64,000 nt of DNA. Source: a virus. Location of the stretch: IMG/VR virus record IMGVR_UViG_3300009129_001089; one strand, 5' to 3'. Below, one piece after another: positions 20,679 through 29,837 of the stretch. Position 1 is the first letter of the stretch, and each line of letters begins with the position of its first letter. The translations under genes and the position numbers were made by a program. The notes beneath the pieces were generated by a model. It was not told the DNA's origin, searched no databases, and saw only the letters and a program-made list of their open reading frames with translations.

Positions 20679-21623
20679 TTAATGATGGAAAAGTCTAATG
20701 CCTGAAAAAATCATAACCATATCATGTTCATCGGCGGCTTCAATTACTTCATTGTCTTTAACACTACCACCTGCTTGTACTATATATTTTACTCCGCATT
20801 TAGCGGCATAATCTATGTTATCTCTAAATGGAAAAAATGCATCTGAGGCTAATGATACTTTATCAAGTTTTTGTTCTTTGGCCCAAGTTGTTGCTTTTGT
20901 GCCTGCCAACTCTGTACAATCTATACGGCTTTGCTGACCTGCTCCAATGCCTATCATTTGTCCGTTTAATGCATAACCTACAGAATTTGATTGAGTATAT
21001 TTAAGAGTAATAGCCGCCAATACTAAATCGTTTTGTGCTATAGCTGATAGTTCTTTATTTTTTGTTACAATTTTAGTTATTAATGTTTCTTTGTTTAATA
21101 TAATATCGTTCCGTTGTTGCGAAAAAACAACTCCATAAATTTCTCTAGTTTCAATAGGAGGAGGTAGGTACCCTGCATCCATTTGTAAGATTAAATATTT
21201 GCCATCCTTTTTTTCTTTTAATAATTCTAATGCATCATCGTCATATCCAGGTGCGGCAATTCCATCTGATACTACTGTTTTAATATACTTTGCACATTCT
21301 AAATCTACTTTTTGACTAAGAGCTATAAAGTCACCAAAGGAAGATTTAGGATCTGCACTCCTTGCTTTTCTATATGCATCTGTTATAGTTTTACCTACTG
21401 CGGCACCTGCAGGGCTAACATGTTTAAACGATGTTGCCGCAGGTAATCCTAATGCACTATCTAATTCTTTAACTAATTGCCATGCATTTATTGCATCTAA
21501 CAAATTAATGTAACCTGGTTGCCCATTCAATTCAGTAAAAGGCAAATTGCGTTTTGCACTTGCTACTGATGCCGATCCTTGATGTGGATTACAGCCATAT
21601 TTTAAAGTTATATAGTTACCCAT
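20679..21623 (-). CDS. purH: AICAR transformylase (PurH C-terminal domain only)
   Basis: Starts at LKYGCNPHQ; SFKHVSP, GAGQQSR, SDAFFPF, RLFHH; no IMP cyclohydrolase/MGS domain. Confidence 0.9.
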   Translation of the reverse strand: MGNYITLKYGCNPHQGSASVASAKRNLPFTELNGQPGYINLLDAINAWQLVKELDSALGLPAATSFKHVSPAGAAVGKTITDAYRKARSADPKSSFGDFIALSQKVDLECAKYIKTVVSDGIAAPGYDDDALELLKEKKDGKYLILQMDAGYLPPPIETREIYGVVFSQQRNDIILNKETLITKIVTKNKELSAIAQNDLVLAAITLKYTQSNSVGYALNGQMIGIGAGQQSRIDCTELAGTKATTWAKEQKLDKVSLASDAFFPFRDNIDYAAKCGVKYIVQAGGSVKDNEVIEAADEHDMVMIFSGIRLFHH

Positions 21624-22246
21624 TTGACATGTCCTACTTTAAGTGTTGGTATTACCTTTGGCTTAACGCCAGTTTTTTCATATACATTTCTTGCAAATAT
21701 TAAATCTTCTGCTACCCAAGTTGTTTCACCACTTGATCGTTCTATTTTAGGTACATAATAAAACGGAAATTCTAACTGTTGAATTAAACTGCTATGTATT
21801 TTCATGAAGCCTCCTGCAACATGATCTACTTCAAATATTTCTTTATGACTTAAAACTTCCTTTGGTGATAACAAAGTTGGTTCATCTTTCCAGTAACCTA
21901 CTAAACTAGTTTGATTATTAGGATTAAAAATATACCACCCGCTTACAAACTTTTCTTCCGAATACATTAATTCTTGCATTTGTTGCAAAGAAAATTTAAT
22001 ATCCGCATCTATAAAAATAAACCATTCTACTGTTTTTGCAAATTCGTATGGGTTAGATTGATTACCTTGTGTTAATAATTTGTTTCGGCCTTCAGTTTGG
22101 TTTGATGCAACCATACTAATAATTTTACCATCTTCGTTTTTGGCAAGCCATTCCTGAAAAGGTACCCATTGTTGAAACAATATATTAGGTACCATTTGTT
22201 GCCCTGACGGTATTAAAAATGCATATTTCATATTGTTTTTAACCAT
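21608..22246 (-). CDS. GT-A fold glycosyltransferase-like protein
   Basis: RN, FIDAD, GGFMKI, EDLIF, GH. Confidence 0.7.
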   Translation of the reverse strand: MVKNNMKYAFLIPSGQQMVPNILFQQWVPFQEWLAKNEDGKIISMVASNQTEGRNKLLTQGNQSNPYEFAKTVEWFIFIDADIKFSLQQMQELMYSEEKFVSGWYIFNPNNQTSLVGYWKDEPTLLSPKEVLSHKEIFEVDHVAGGFMKIHSSLIQQLEFPFYYVPKIERSSGETTWVAEDLIFARNVYEKTGVKPKVIPTLKVGHVKWVTI

Positions 22247-22884
22247 TCTTGTAATGGCTTTGATACTAGTTCTCCTATCGCTTTGTTACCTTCTAACGTA
22301 GGATGTCCTATAATTTGTCCGCCTTGTTGCCACGGGCCTAGTTCCATATACATTTCATTATGGTAGTTTGGATTTTTATATATTACTTCGTCTATAGAAG
22401 GCTTCACTTCTAATACAGTTGTATTACCATAATTAAATTGTTTTGTATCTCGTCTGCAATGAAACATTGCACATGGCTTATTAATAGAACTAATATAAGC
22501 AACCGCAAAACGACTAAAGGATAATTGGTTATCTGTTGTTTCTTTTTCGCTTCTAATGCTTATTGTTTTACAACTATCTTTTAACGTATAATGGTCTATA
22601 TCATTTGCTTTAATGAAATCAAAATCATCATTATTAGTAAGCAAAAATCTAGGTTCAAATGATTCTTGTAGTAATATATAATCAAATTTAGATATGTCTA
22701 TTTTATCTAGTAATGTTGCATAATTTAAATACCCGCCTCCAGGAAACGAATACACTACAAGATTAGATATTCCTAAAAAATTATACCAACCTATTTGATT
22801 CTCTACAACTTCGCCTAAAGGATTTGACGGATCTAATTTATGTGTTCCGGCTGATATACTACAACCTAATATTAATCCCCTCAT
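22228..22884 (-). CDS. SGNH/GDSL-like hydrolase or acyltransferase
   Basis: GCSIS N-terminal motif, GHP C-terminal motif. Confidence 0.5.
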   Translation of the reverse strand: MRGLILGCSISAGTHKLDPSNPLGEVVENQIGWYNFLGISNLVVYSFPGGGYLNYATLLDKIDISKFDYILLQESFEPRFLLTNNDDFDFIKANDIDHYTLKDSCKTISIRSEKETTDNQLSFSRFAVAYISSINKPCAMFHCRRDTKQFNYGNTTVLEVKPSIDEVIYKNPNYHNEMYMELGPWQQGGQIIGHPTLEGNKAIGELVSKPLQEWLKTI

Positions 22885-23096
22885 ATACCACTAACTCTCT
22901 CCTCATCATCTATAATACTATTGGGCTTAATTTCTACATTTTTTGTTTGGCCACAATGCATACAATGTACTTTTTCGTCAGATGAAAGGGTCAAATTATA
23001 ATTAGTTAATTTAGTAGGAGATACAGCATAACTCCACCATAAATGACATAGATCGCATTCGAAATGATATATTATTTCTGCCGTATATCTGTGCAT
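22881..23096 (-). CDS. Small zinc-ribbon protein
   Basis: CDLC...CMHC. Confidence 0.65.
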   Translation of the reverse strand: MHRYTAEIIYHFECDLCHLWWSYAVSPTKLTNYNLTLSSDEKVHCMHCGQTKNVEIKPNSIIDDEERVSGI

Positions 23097-23106
23097 ATTA
23101 TTTTTA

Positions 23107-23550
23107 TTAAGTACAATATTCTCGTCCTGTAAATAACTCTTCAGGATTAACCATTGTTTTGATTTCTAATATATTGCCGTTTGGATCTTCTATAAACATT
23201 GTTTCTTGTTCTAAAATTTTTCCTTTAAATCTTACAAAAGGTTCTTCGACAAATTTTATATTATTGTTTATTAATTTTTCTTTTAATGACTTAAATACAT
23301 CTGGATCAAGATGTACACCAAAATGCGGTACTTGCACCCTACCCATATCAACATTGTGCCCTTCATTTTTTGGTTCGCCTCCGCACGAGGCATGTAATGT
23401 AAGCTCATTACCCCAAAAATTTATATCGCACCATGAATCAGGTGGTTTAATTTCTGAATTACCTTTTGTGCATCCTAGCACATTACAATAAAAATCAATT
23501 GCTGTATCTAAGTCACCTGCAAGAATTGCTAAGTGAAAAGTGTTTGCCAT
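23107..23550 (-). CDS. VOC/glyoxalase family protein
   Basis: FHLAI, PHFG, EQETMFIEDPNGNILEIK. Confidence 0.9.
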   Translation of the reverse strand: MANTFHLAILAGDLDTAIDFYCNVLGCTKGNSEIKPPDSWCDINFWGNELTLHASCGGEPKNEGHNVDMGRVQVPHFGVHLDPDVFKSLKEKLINNNIKFVEEPFVRFKGKILEQETMFIEDPNGNILEIKTMVNPEELFTGREYCT

Positions 23551-23617
23551 TTTATATTACCGCTACTTTGCCCTCTATCACTATCCTAATAGGCTTGTGT
23601 AGTGGCTTCAACTATAT

Positions 23618-24817
23618 TTATTTTAATGGCGGGGCGTATAACAATCCCCCTTTATTATACAATCTATTTAAACCTCTGTCAAGGCCTAATCTTGTTTCTT
23701 TACCTAAATACATTTCAAATATTTCTCTATAATTTCCTATAATAGAAATAATGTCAAAGGCAAAGGTGTTACTAATACCTAATTTTTCACCTAGATTGCC
23801 TTGCTCGCCCATAAACATTTGAACCAACGGATCTTTATGATTAGTAAAATCATCTATGTTAACTTGGTCTATACCAAACTCTTCTGCAAGAAATAAAACA
23901 TATATTGCCCATCTAGCAATATCTGAAAACTGCTGGTCGCCATATTTTATTGCTGGACTTAACGGTTCCTTTGATATAACTTCAGGTAAAATAACATGAG
24001 CAGTAGGATTAGAAAATATAGATTTTTTACCCGCTAGTGCTGAACGATCAGAACCAAACATATCACACTCACCATCCATATAAGCATCTGGTGCAGATTC
24101 ACCTACTTTTAGTGGTACAGGGATAAAGTCTACATCCCAGAGCTCAAAGAAATCTTTGATATTTTGTGCGGCAGTAGATTCTTCATTATAACATACCCTT
24201 GCTCCGGTTAAATCCTTTGCACTTTTAACACCTAAACTTTTGCGTACAATAAACCCTTGCCCATCATAATATGTTGTAGGTAAAAATTCTATACGCCATT
24301 TTACATCACGTGAATATGTCCATGTTGTTGTAGCACTAATAACATCTACAGTACCATCAAATAAATATTCAAATCTAGTTTTACCGTCAACTTCAACGGT
24401 TTTCATTACCCAATCTTCGCCCATAACTGCAATAGCAATTGCGGTACAAATATCTACATCAAATCCTTCCCAATGGGCTGTTCCAAAACTTTGACTAAAT
24501 CCAGGTTTATCGTTATACGAACCACATATCATATATCCCCGATCTCGAATACGTTTTACTGTTTGTCCGAATGTAGGTTTGTATTCCTCACCTAGTTTAT
24601 AAGGAGGAGGCTCATGTTTAGCATGTTTCTTTTTTAATGCCTCAAGTTCTTTTTTTACTCCTTCAAATTTATCTCTATAGTAATTAACATTAGATGCTTT
24701 TTCAGGAGGATAGCCGGCTATTTCGTCAGCAGGATTGCCTGCACTAGAAGGTACTCCGATGCCTAGTAGTACGCAAATACTAATTGTTGTAAAAATCTTC
24801 CTATAGGTTTCCCACAT
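23618..24817 (-). CDS. aapJ: General L-amino acid ABC transporter substrate-binding protein (AapJ/BztA-like) with N-terminal extension
   Basis: Signal peptide; GFDVDIC, TTWTYSRD, YYDGQGF, ISKEPL, GNYREIF, GGLLYAPP. Confidence 0.85.
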   Translation of the reverse strand: MWETYRKIFTTISICVLLGIGVPSSAGNPADEIAGYPPEKASNVNYYRDKFEGVKKELEALKKKHAKHEPPPYKLGEEYKPTFGQTVKRIRDRGYMICGSYNDKPGFSQSFGTAHWEGFDVDICTAIAIAVMGEDWVMKTVEVDGKTRFEYLFDGTVDVISATTTWTYSRDVKWRIEFLPTTYYDGQGFIVRKSLGVKSAKDLTGARVCYNEESTAAQNIKDFFELWDVDFIPVPLKVGESAPDAYMDGECDMFGSDRSALAGKKSIFSNPTAHVILPEVISKEPLSPAIKYGDQQFSDIARWAIYVLFLAEEFGIDQVNIDDFTNHKDPLVQMFMGEQGNLGEKLGISNTFAFDIISIIGNYREIFEMYLGKETRLGLDRGLNRLYNKGGLLYAPPLK

Positions 24818-25284
24818 TACTTCAACGTCCTATATATTTCCATCAGCTCAGTGTCGGATATAGGAGTTGCCATTGTGTAATATTTTTGGTGTCCGACAGA
24901 CATAAAACCTTTTAAGTCTGCGAAACTTGGATATGTACTTTGCAAACCGGAAATTAAATGGTCAGGATCTAAATGACATTCAGCACATTCGTTACCTTTT
25001 GACATAACTCTAGTGGCCGCCTTATATCTTTCACTTTGTACTAATACTGAGTTTAAATCTTTTTCAATCCAGTCGACTTTTTCTTGCATGTCGGGAATAA
25101 TGAAAAATATTAACCATGCTAATAAAGCAATAATAATATAATCTAAAGTTTTAATGCCTTTGACTGATTCAAAGGTTTCACTCTCAATTTGCTTTACAGG
25201 TTCAAATTTCACTTCTTCTTCGCCATTTGTAGTTACCGTCGTCTGAACAGTATCTTTTGTAGTTTTAGTTTTTTGTTCTGCCAT
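24817..25284 (-). CDS. Membrane-anchored putative c-type cytochrome
   Basis: One TM helix, coiled coil, single CAECH motif. Confidence 0.6.
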   Translation of the reverse strand: MAEQKTKTTKDTVQTTVTTNGEEEVKFEPVKQIESETFESVKGIKTLDYIIIALLAWLIFFIIPDMQEKVDWIEKDLNSVLVQSERYKAATRVMSKGNECAECHLDPDHLISGLQSTYPSFADLKGFMSVGHQKYYTMATPISDTELMEIYRTLK

Positions 25285-25300
25285 GTTAACCTAACTTAAT

Positions 25301-25645
25301 TTACTTTGCTTTTCCAATCTGCGTAAGTTTTTTAGTTATTTGTTGTTGGAACCATTTAAGTACAATAGGTATACTTACATTAGATGTTAATCCAAACAAA
25401 TATCCAACCGGATATTTATAACTTGCATAAGGTGCAAGTTGTGGAATATTTGAAAAAACAATCGATATGAGTAAATATCCTGTTACTGCCATACCAAGAT
25501 TTATAAACCAGTCAAAGACAATCAAACCTCTGTGTCCTGCATATTTGTCTCTGTTATCTTGTCTGTAATTGAATAAGAATATAAATGTAGACGAAAATGC
25601 TACTACACCCATCATTACTAATTCATCTATTGCAAATAAATCCAT
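25301..25645 (-). CDS. Three-TM membrane protein
   Basis: Hydrophobic segments; GGAGG SD. Confidence 0.75.
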   Translation of the reverse strand: MDLFAIDELVMMGVVAFSSTFIFLFNYRQDNRDKYAGHRGLIVFDWFINLGMAVTGYLLISIVFSNIPQLAPYASYKYPVGYLFGLTSNVSIPIVLKWFQQQITKKLTQIGKAK

Positions 25646-25663
25646 ATAGTTCCTCCTAAATAT

Positions 25664-26242
25664 TTATCTTTTATCATGGTACTTAATAGAACTATTCGGA
25701 TAATATTTGTTTATTAATTCTGTTCTTTTATTTGCAAACCCTTTGATAATACAGTTGTTTATACACCCTATCGGCAAGGTTGTTACCTTATCAAATCTAT
25801 CTTCTGACCAAAGCATACAAGTTTTATATACATCCTCGGGTTTTCCTGTTATTTTCTTTTTATTAAATACACATCCATAATTTATGGTAATAGGAATATC
25901 ATTAGGTGGTTCAAGAAATACAGGAAAACCTACGGTGTTATTTAAATCTACTAATGTGTCATCAGTAGCAATAACTTTAGGCTGAAAAATAACAAAAGTT
26001 TTATCTGTGGGATGTTCGTGTACTGTAAAATATTTTTCTACGAACTTTTTAAATGATAAATTTTTAGGGAAGGGTAACTTATTTTGCTTGTATAACTTAT
26101 AAATTTCTATGACATTTTCTAACGAGGCAGGCCCAGGGTTTGTACAACACGGATCTTTAATACATTCCTGGCAAGGTTGGTCAGTGCATTTTGTATATTT
26201 TTGTCCGTTTATTAAAAATTGTTTAAATTCATCATGTAACAT
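25664..26242 (-). CDS. Cys-rich protein (YkgJ-like metal/Fe-S cluster)
   Basis: CQECIKDPCC, later C..C..C; ATG 26242 chosen because the track start lies inside tRNA-Tyr. Confidence 0.55.
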   Translation of the reverse strand: MLHDEFKQFLINGQKYTKCTDQPCQECIKDPCCTNPGPASLENVIEIYKLYKQNKLPFPKNLSFKKFVEKYFTVHEHPTDKTFVIFQPKVIATDDTLVDLNNTVGFPVFLEPPNDIPITINYGCVFNKKKITGKPEDVYKTCMLWSEDRFDKVTTLPIGCINNCIIKGFANKRTELINKYYPNSSIKYHDKR

Positions 26243-26247
26243 AAGTT

Positions 26248-26332
26248 TGGTGGGCAGGGAAGGAATTTGCACCCTCACAGCATTATGCGGCGGATTTACA
26301 GTCCGTTGAGCTCACTCTTGCTCAGCCTACCC
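26248..26332 (-). tRNA. tRNA-Tyr(GTA), atypical
   Basis: GGGTAGG/CCTGCCC acceptor stem, CTGTAAA loop, long variable arm, CCA; non-canonical D and T loops. Confidence 0.75.
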
Positions 26333-26339
26333 ATGTGTT

Positions 26340-26414
26340 TGGCACGCCTGCAAGGATTTGAACCCTGACTTAGTGGTTTGGAATCACTTGTGCTACCGTT
26401 GACACTACAGACGT
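26340..26414 (-). tRNA. tRNA-Trp(CCA)
   Basis: Cloverleaf, TTCCAAA loop, TTCAAAT T-loop, CCA. Confidence 0.9.
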
Positions 26415-26780
26415 ATTGGGATAGTTATTGCAATAAAACAATACCTGTCGCCAATAGTAAATTGGTAATGTGTGTGAAACTAACATAATGATTCCTTTTT
26501 TAATGTTAATATGCTGACTACCCGCATCCTAGCACCTCCGCCACCCTCATCAGCTAAAATTATTTATGACAATACGACCCAAGTCCAGGCCCATACAAGT
26601 AATATAACTCCAATAAAAACTGCTACTCCTGCCATGTTACCTCTTTAACTGAATTAACTGAAACACCTTCGCTTAACCCTGCAAAGTAATTTGCTTGTTT
26701 AACTGCATCACTAAAATCTACGGCCTTAATAAAAGTAGTATCTATTATCGTGTCTACTAAAAATTTAATTTCGTAAAATT

Positions 26781-26969
26781 TCATTTCTTTATTGAATTAA
26801 TTAAGGTTTCTAATTGTTCAACCGGAGAAAGATCAACTGGTTTTGGCACATATATTGAATTGATTAAGGTTTCTAATTGTTCCATCGGAGAAGGACCAAA
26901 ACCCGACTGTGGATGCTCCGTTCCTTGGGCGTTACCTAATTCTTGTTCTAGTTTTTTTCGTTCTTTCAT
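26781..26969 (-). CDS. Small hypothetical protein with internal repeat
   Basis: SP(M/V)EQLETLINSI twice; GGAGG SD. Confidence 0.6.
   Translation of the reverse strand: MKERKKLEQELGNAQGTEHPQSGFGPSPMEQLETLINSIYVPKPVDLSPVEQLETLINSIKK
26790..26892. repeat. ~40-bp direct repeat, period 63 bp
   Basis: attgaatt(a/g)attaaggtttctaattgttc..ggagaa, two copies. Confidence 0.85.
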
Positions 26970-27187
26970 ACATCCTCCTTTGGAACTATTTGGTATCCGC
27001 CTTTGTTATAATTAATTGCTACTGTAAATCCTTCTGGTATTTTTACTTCTTTCTTTTCTTTTTTAACTCCGCCGCCTTTTCCTGCTCCTGCCATCATGCG
27101 TTCTGCAAAGTTATCAGGTATGTCATCTAAGACAGAATGCCGAGTATATTGTAAATACCCGGCATTTTCTTTTATAATTTTATCCAT
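26966..27187 (-). CDS. Small conserved phage hypothetical protein
   Basis: TVAINYNKGGYQIV C-terminal motif typical of T4-like phages. Confidence 0.7.
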   Translation of the reverse strand: MDKIIKENAGYLQYTRHSVLDDIPDNFAERMMAGAGKGGGVKKEKKEVKIPEGFTVAINYNKGGYQIVPKEDV

Positions 27188-27401
27188 GTAATCTATATTC
27201 TTTATCCCAGCGAGTATAATGCCTAACGTTTTGATCTAACAATCTATTACTGCGGATAATGTATGCTACATTCTTATCAAGCATCTTTCTTGTTAGTGGG
27301 GACATTTCCTTGTCTAACTTTTGAAGATGCATACATTCTGCAACTTTTTCTGCTTTTTTTTGTTGTGCCCTTACATATTGTTGGAAAGTTAAATCTGCCA
27401 T
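27180..27401 (-). CDS. Hypothetical protein
   Basis: ORF with GGAG SD. Confidence 0.65.
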   Translation of the reverse strand: MADLTFQQYVRAQQKKAEKVAECMHLQKLDKEMSPLTRKMLDKNVAYIIRSNRLLDQNVRHYTRWDKEYRLHG

Positions 27402-27402
27402 G

Positions 27403-27564
27403 TTATCTCCTTGAACCTAGGTTAACTGTTCTATACTTAACTCCGCCTAACTCTATTACTTCATCTCCGAGCGTCATTGTTGGTCTTTCTTCCTTAGTCG
27501 TTAACACCTTTTCTAAATGCTTTAATTGTTCGCCTAACCTGTCTTTGTATTCTTTCTTGGCCAT
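27403..27564 (-). CDS. Small early hypothetical protein (53 aa)
   Basis: Manual translation MAKKEYKDRLGEQLKHLEK...; AGGAG SD; directly after the promoter. Confidence 0.65.
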   Translation of the reverse strand: MAKKEYKDRLGEQLKHLEKVLTTKEERPTMTLGDEVIELGGVKYRTVNLGSRR

Positions 27565-27606
27565 CCTATCTCCTAGTTAATGTTAACTAATTTACTTTAT
27601 GTATAT

Positions 27607-27635
27607 ATTATACTATCTAGGATTAAAAATGTCAA
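27607..27635 (-). promoter_or_regulatory. Consensus sigma70 early promoter
   Basis: TTGACA-17 bp-TATAAT. Confidence 0.85.
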
Positions 27636-27982
27636 CCTTTATATTCAATTCCTCGCCAGCCGATTTTATTTAAATCATCAGAGATGTCATCTGCGATAAG
27701 TCCTTCATTACCTGAGCAGTAATAGTCGAGATAATCTTCTCCGCTACCTCTGAGTGTTGCGACCAAATCCCCAGCATAACGCCAACTACAATGCCAAGCG
27801 TCATCTTCATTCCCATTGCCATGTAACTGACTATCGTGATACCAATTAATATTGCATAAAGCACCATAGAGTCTTGTAGCATATCCATCTTCACTCCTTA
27901 TTTTATCTTTAATAAATTGACAATCAATTAGATCTTGTTCTAGATCTTTCCTCGGACTCGTCTTAAAATTAAAATTCCTCAT
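27632..27982 (-). CDS. Hypothetical phage protein
   Basis: LYGALCN...CSWRYAG..VA..R...DYLDYYCSG. Confidence 0.75.
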   Translation of the reverse strand: MRNFNFKTSPRKDLEQDLIDCQFIKDKIRSEDGYATRLYGALCNINWYHDSQLHGNGNEDDAWHCSWRYAGDLVATLRGSGEDYLDYYCSGNEGLIADDISDDLNKIGWRGIEYKG

Positions 27983-27995
27983 CTTCTTCTTCCAT

Positions 27996-28436
27996 TTAAT
28001 CCCACAAATGTTCGTACCACTTAGCAAACAAATGCAATCCTTCATTTACAGTATTGTAATATTCATTCATATACTCATTATAATTTCTATCACCATCCAT
28101 TGCCTCCGTTTCGTGGTCGTCCTTATGAATAATTAAACCAAATGCACGACACATCTTATCAAGGCGGGTGTTCCAAAGCTCTTCATAATATTTACTTTCT
28201 GCGTCACGATCCAAAATCTCTTCAAATGCCATTTGTCGGTCATATTCACGGTGACATCCATCTTCGTTACGATCGACATCTGGGTAACTTTGATGTTCAT
28301 CTTTAAACTTGCAAAGCAACGGGTGTATAATTGTTGCCATTGTGTAATCAGCATTCCAAGTATCATAACCATCAATATGTACGTGATACGCCCTATTCTT
28401 TCTATATGGTCCGATTTTAACTTTCATTTTTCCCAA
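27996..28436 (-). CDS. Hypothetical T4-like phage protein
   Basis: MKVKIGPY...DTWNADYT...GLHLFAKWYEHLWD. Confidence 0.8.
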   Translation of the reverse strand: MGKMKVKIGPYRKNRAYHVHIDGYDTWNADYTMATIIHPLLCKFKDEHQSYPDVDRNEDGCHREYDRQMAFEEILDRDAESKYYEELWNTRLDKMCRAFGLIIHKDDHETEAMDGDRNYNEYMNEYYNTVNEGLHLFAKWYEHLWD

Positions 28437-28657
28437 AACCTATTTTGAGTTTCTTCAATTGCTTCTTCTTTTGACATGCCTTCTTCTCTACATTCTTTAT
28501 ACAAGTAATATGGAATGTCAGTTAATTCACGTAATTTGTCTTCTACTTCTCCCCACCAGCCAATATCATCTTCTTCACCTATTCTATTTCGTTCTTCTTC
28601 TTCCATTTTTTCTTCAAAACGGAGTTCATCTAACCAATCATTACCAGGGTGGCTCAT
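28424..28657 (-). CDS. Acidic hypothetical protein
   Basis: ORF with GAGG SD. Confidence 0.6.
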   Translation of the reverse strand: MSHPGNDWLDELRFEEKMEEEERNRIGEEDDIGWWGEVEDKLRELTDIPYYLYKECREEGMSKEEAIEETQNRFWEK

Positions 28658-28921
28658 ACATACCTCACTTTATTAAGTTTACGATTTCGTTTACGATCAT
28701 AGAGCTTCTTGTTCTTTTTAATGAACGGTCGTTGTCGTGTTATTAACATTATAGTGCTCCAAAAAATATGTATTGATCCATAAATGCCCAAACTTCGTGT
28801 GGTAATTCGGCCCATCTACAAAATTTAATGAATTTAAGATGCCAGAACGAATACCATTCTGCACTAATAAAACTGTATGCATAACCTAGTAAAAATCCTA
28901 GTAATAGTATAACTGTTGTTT

Positions 28922-29182
28922 TCATACAAGAGTTATATTTTTTTCAATGTTACGGATTTGCCATCGCTCCCAAACAATAGTACCAAATTCATCTTCATCG
29001 GTACCTATAAGAGCAAATGTTTTGAATACTTGAGCTGGACGATATCCGTCCATGGTGTGCAAGGTATGAGTAGCACCTTGATCTTCTGACCACTTGCAAG
29101 GTGCGCCTAAATTACAGAAGTGCCTAAGTCCTACTTCTACCTCGTTAAAACTGACGTTGTGATTTTGAAGTTGTCTTAGCAT
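28922..29182 (-). CDS. Early hypothetical protein
   Basis: AGGAG SD; directly downstream of a strong promoter. Confidence 0.7.
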   Translation of the reverse strand: MLRQLQNHNVSFNEVEVGLRHFCNLGAPCKWSEDQGATHTLHTMDGYRPAQVFKTFALIGTDEDEFGTIVWERWQIRNIEKNITLV

Positions 29183-29219
29183 GGAATCTCCTATGCAAGT
29201 GTTTAATTATTATACTAGT

Positions 29220-29248
29220 ATTATACTACCTAAGATACTAGAAGTCAA
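29220..29248 (-). promoter_or_regulatory. sigma70 early promoter
   Basis: TTGACT-17 bp-TATAAT. Confidence 0.8.
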
Positions 29249-29255
29249 CCTTTTT

Positions 29256-29837
29256 TTACCTAAATGGCTCTCCTGTTGCCCATGAAACTAAGGCATATCT
29301 AGTTCCAGTGAATACTGGTGTTGCCTCATGTAGTAAGTATGAAGGGAAGAATGTAGCCGAGTTGTATTTTTTATTAATGCAAAAAGGCTCGTGGCTTAAA
29401 TGTAAAAGGGTGTCGCCTCCAGTATATTCATTTTCGTTTGATAGTTGCACAACCAATGATAATTTTCTATTAGTAGCATTACCACCTAAATCTAAATGTG
29501 CTTTATAAAAATTATCTGCTTCATATTTTAATAAAAATACATCATAGATCATTGAAAGATTATAACAAAAATACCTGTTGTTAACATCTACAAATTTTCG
29601 CATTAATGTTTGGTACAAATAATTTGAATCATTATGTTGTTCAATAATAATATTTTTTGAATTTCGCACATCTGTTGCTTTAGGCTTTTTTGGATCTCCG
29701 ACCCAGGCATATTCCCATTTTTCGGTATCCATAAGATGATTAATATATTCTAAACATGATGCATCAAAGAAATCATCTTGATTAAAAACATTGGGTTGGG
29801 CTATGTGAGGTGCAAGTAAGTTTGGAGGTATTAACAT
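29256..29837 (-). CDS. 2OG-Fe(II) oxygenase (PKHD/prolyl hydroxylase-like)
   Basis: HLD...RKLS...FPSYLLHEATPV..GTRYALV. Confidence 0.9.
   Translation of the reverse strand: MLIPPNLLAPHIAQPNVFNQDDFFDASCLEYINHLMDTEKWEYAWVGDPKKPKATDVRNSKNIIIEQHNDSNYLYQTLMRKFVDVNNRYFCYNLSMIYDVFLLKYEADNFYKAHLDLGGNATNRKLSLVVQLSNENEYTGGDTLLHLSHEPFCINKKYNSATFFPSYLLHEATPVFTGTRYALVSWATGEPFR

Noticed and set aside
26243-26278. Track start of ORF 25664..26278
   Set aside because: Falls inside tRNA-Tyr; ATG 26242 is more plausible
26513-26554. Hammerhead ribozyme or ZTP riboswitch (CTGATGA present)
   Set aside because: No GAAA core or required stems; does not match the ZTP aptamer consensus as I recall it
26790-26892. 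CRISPR mini-array
   Set aside because: Only two imperfect copies, in frame within an ORF, and no cas genes
27670-28375. Alternative-frame minus-strand ORFs 27670..27894 and 28133..28375
   Set aside because: Fully nested in better-supported phage ORFs
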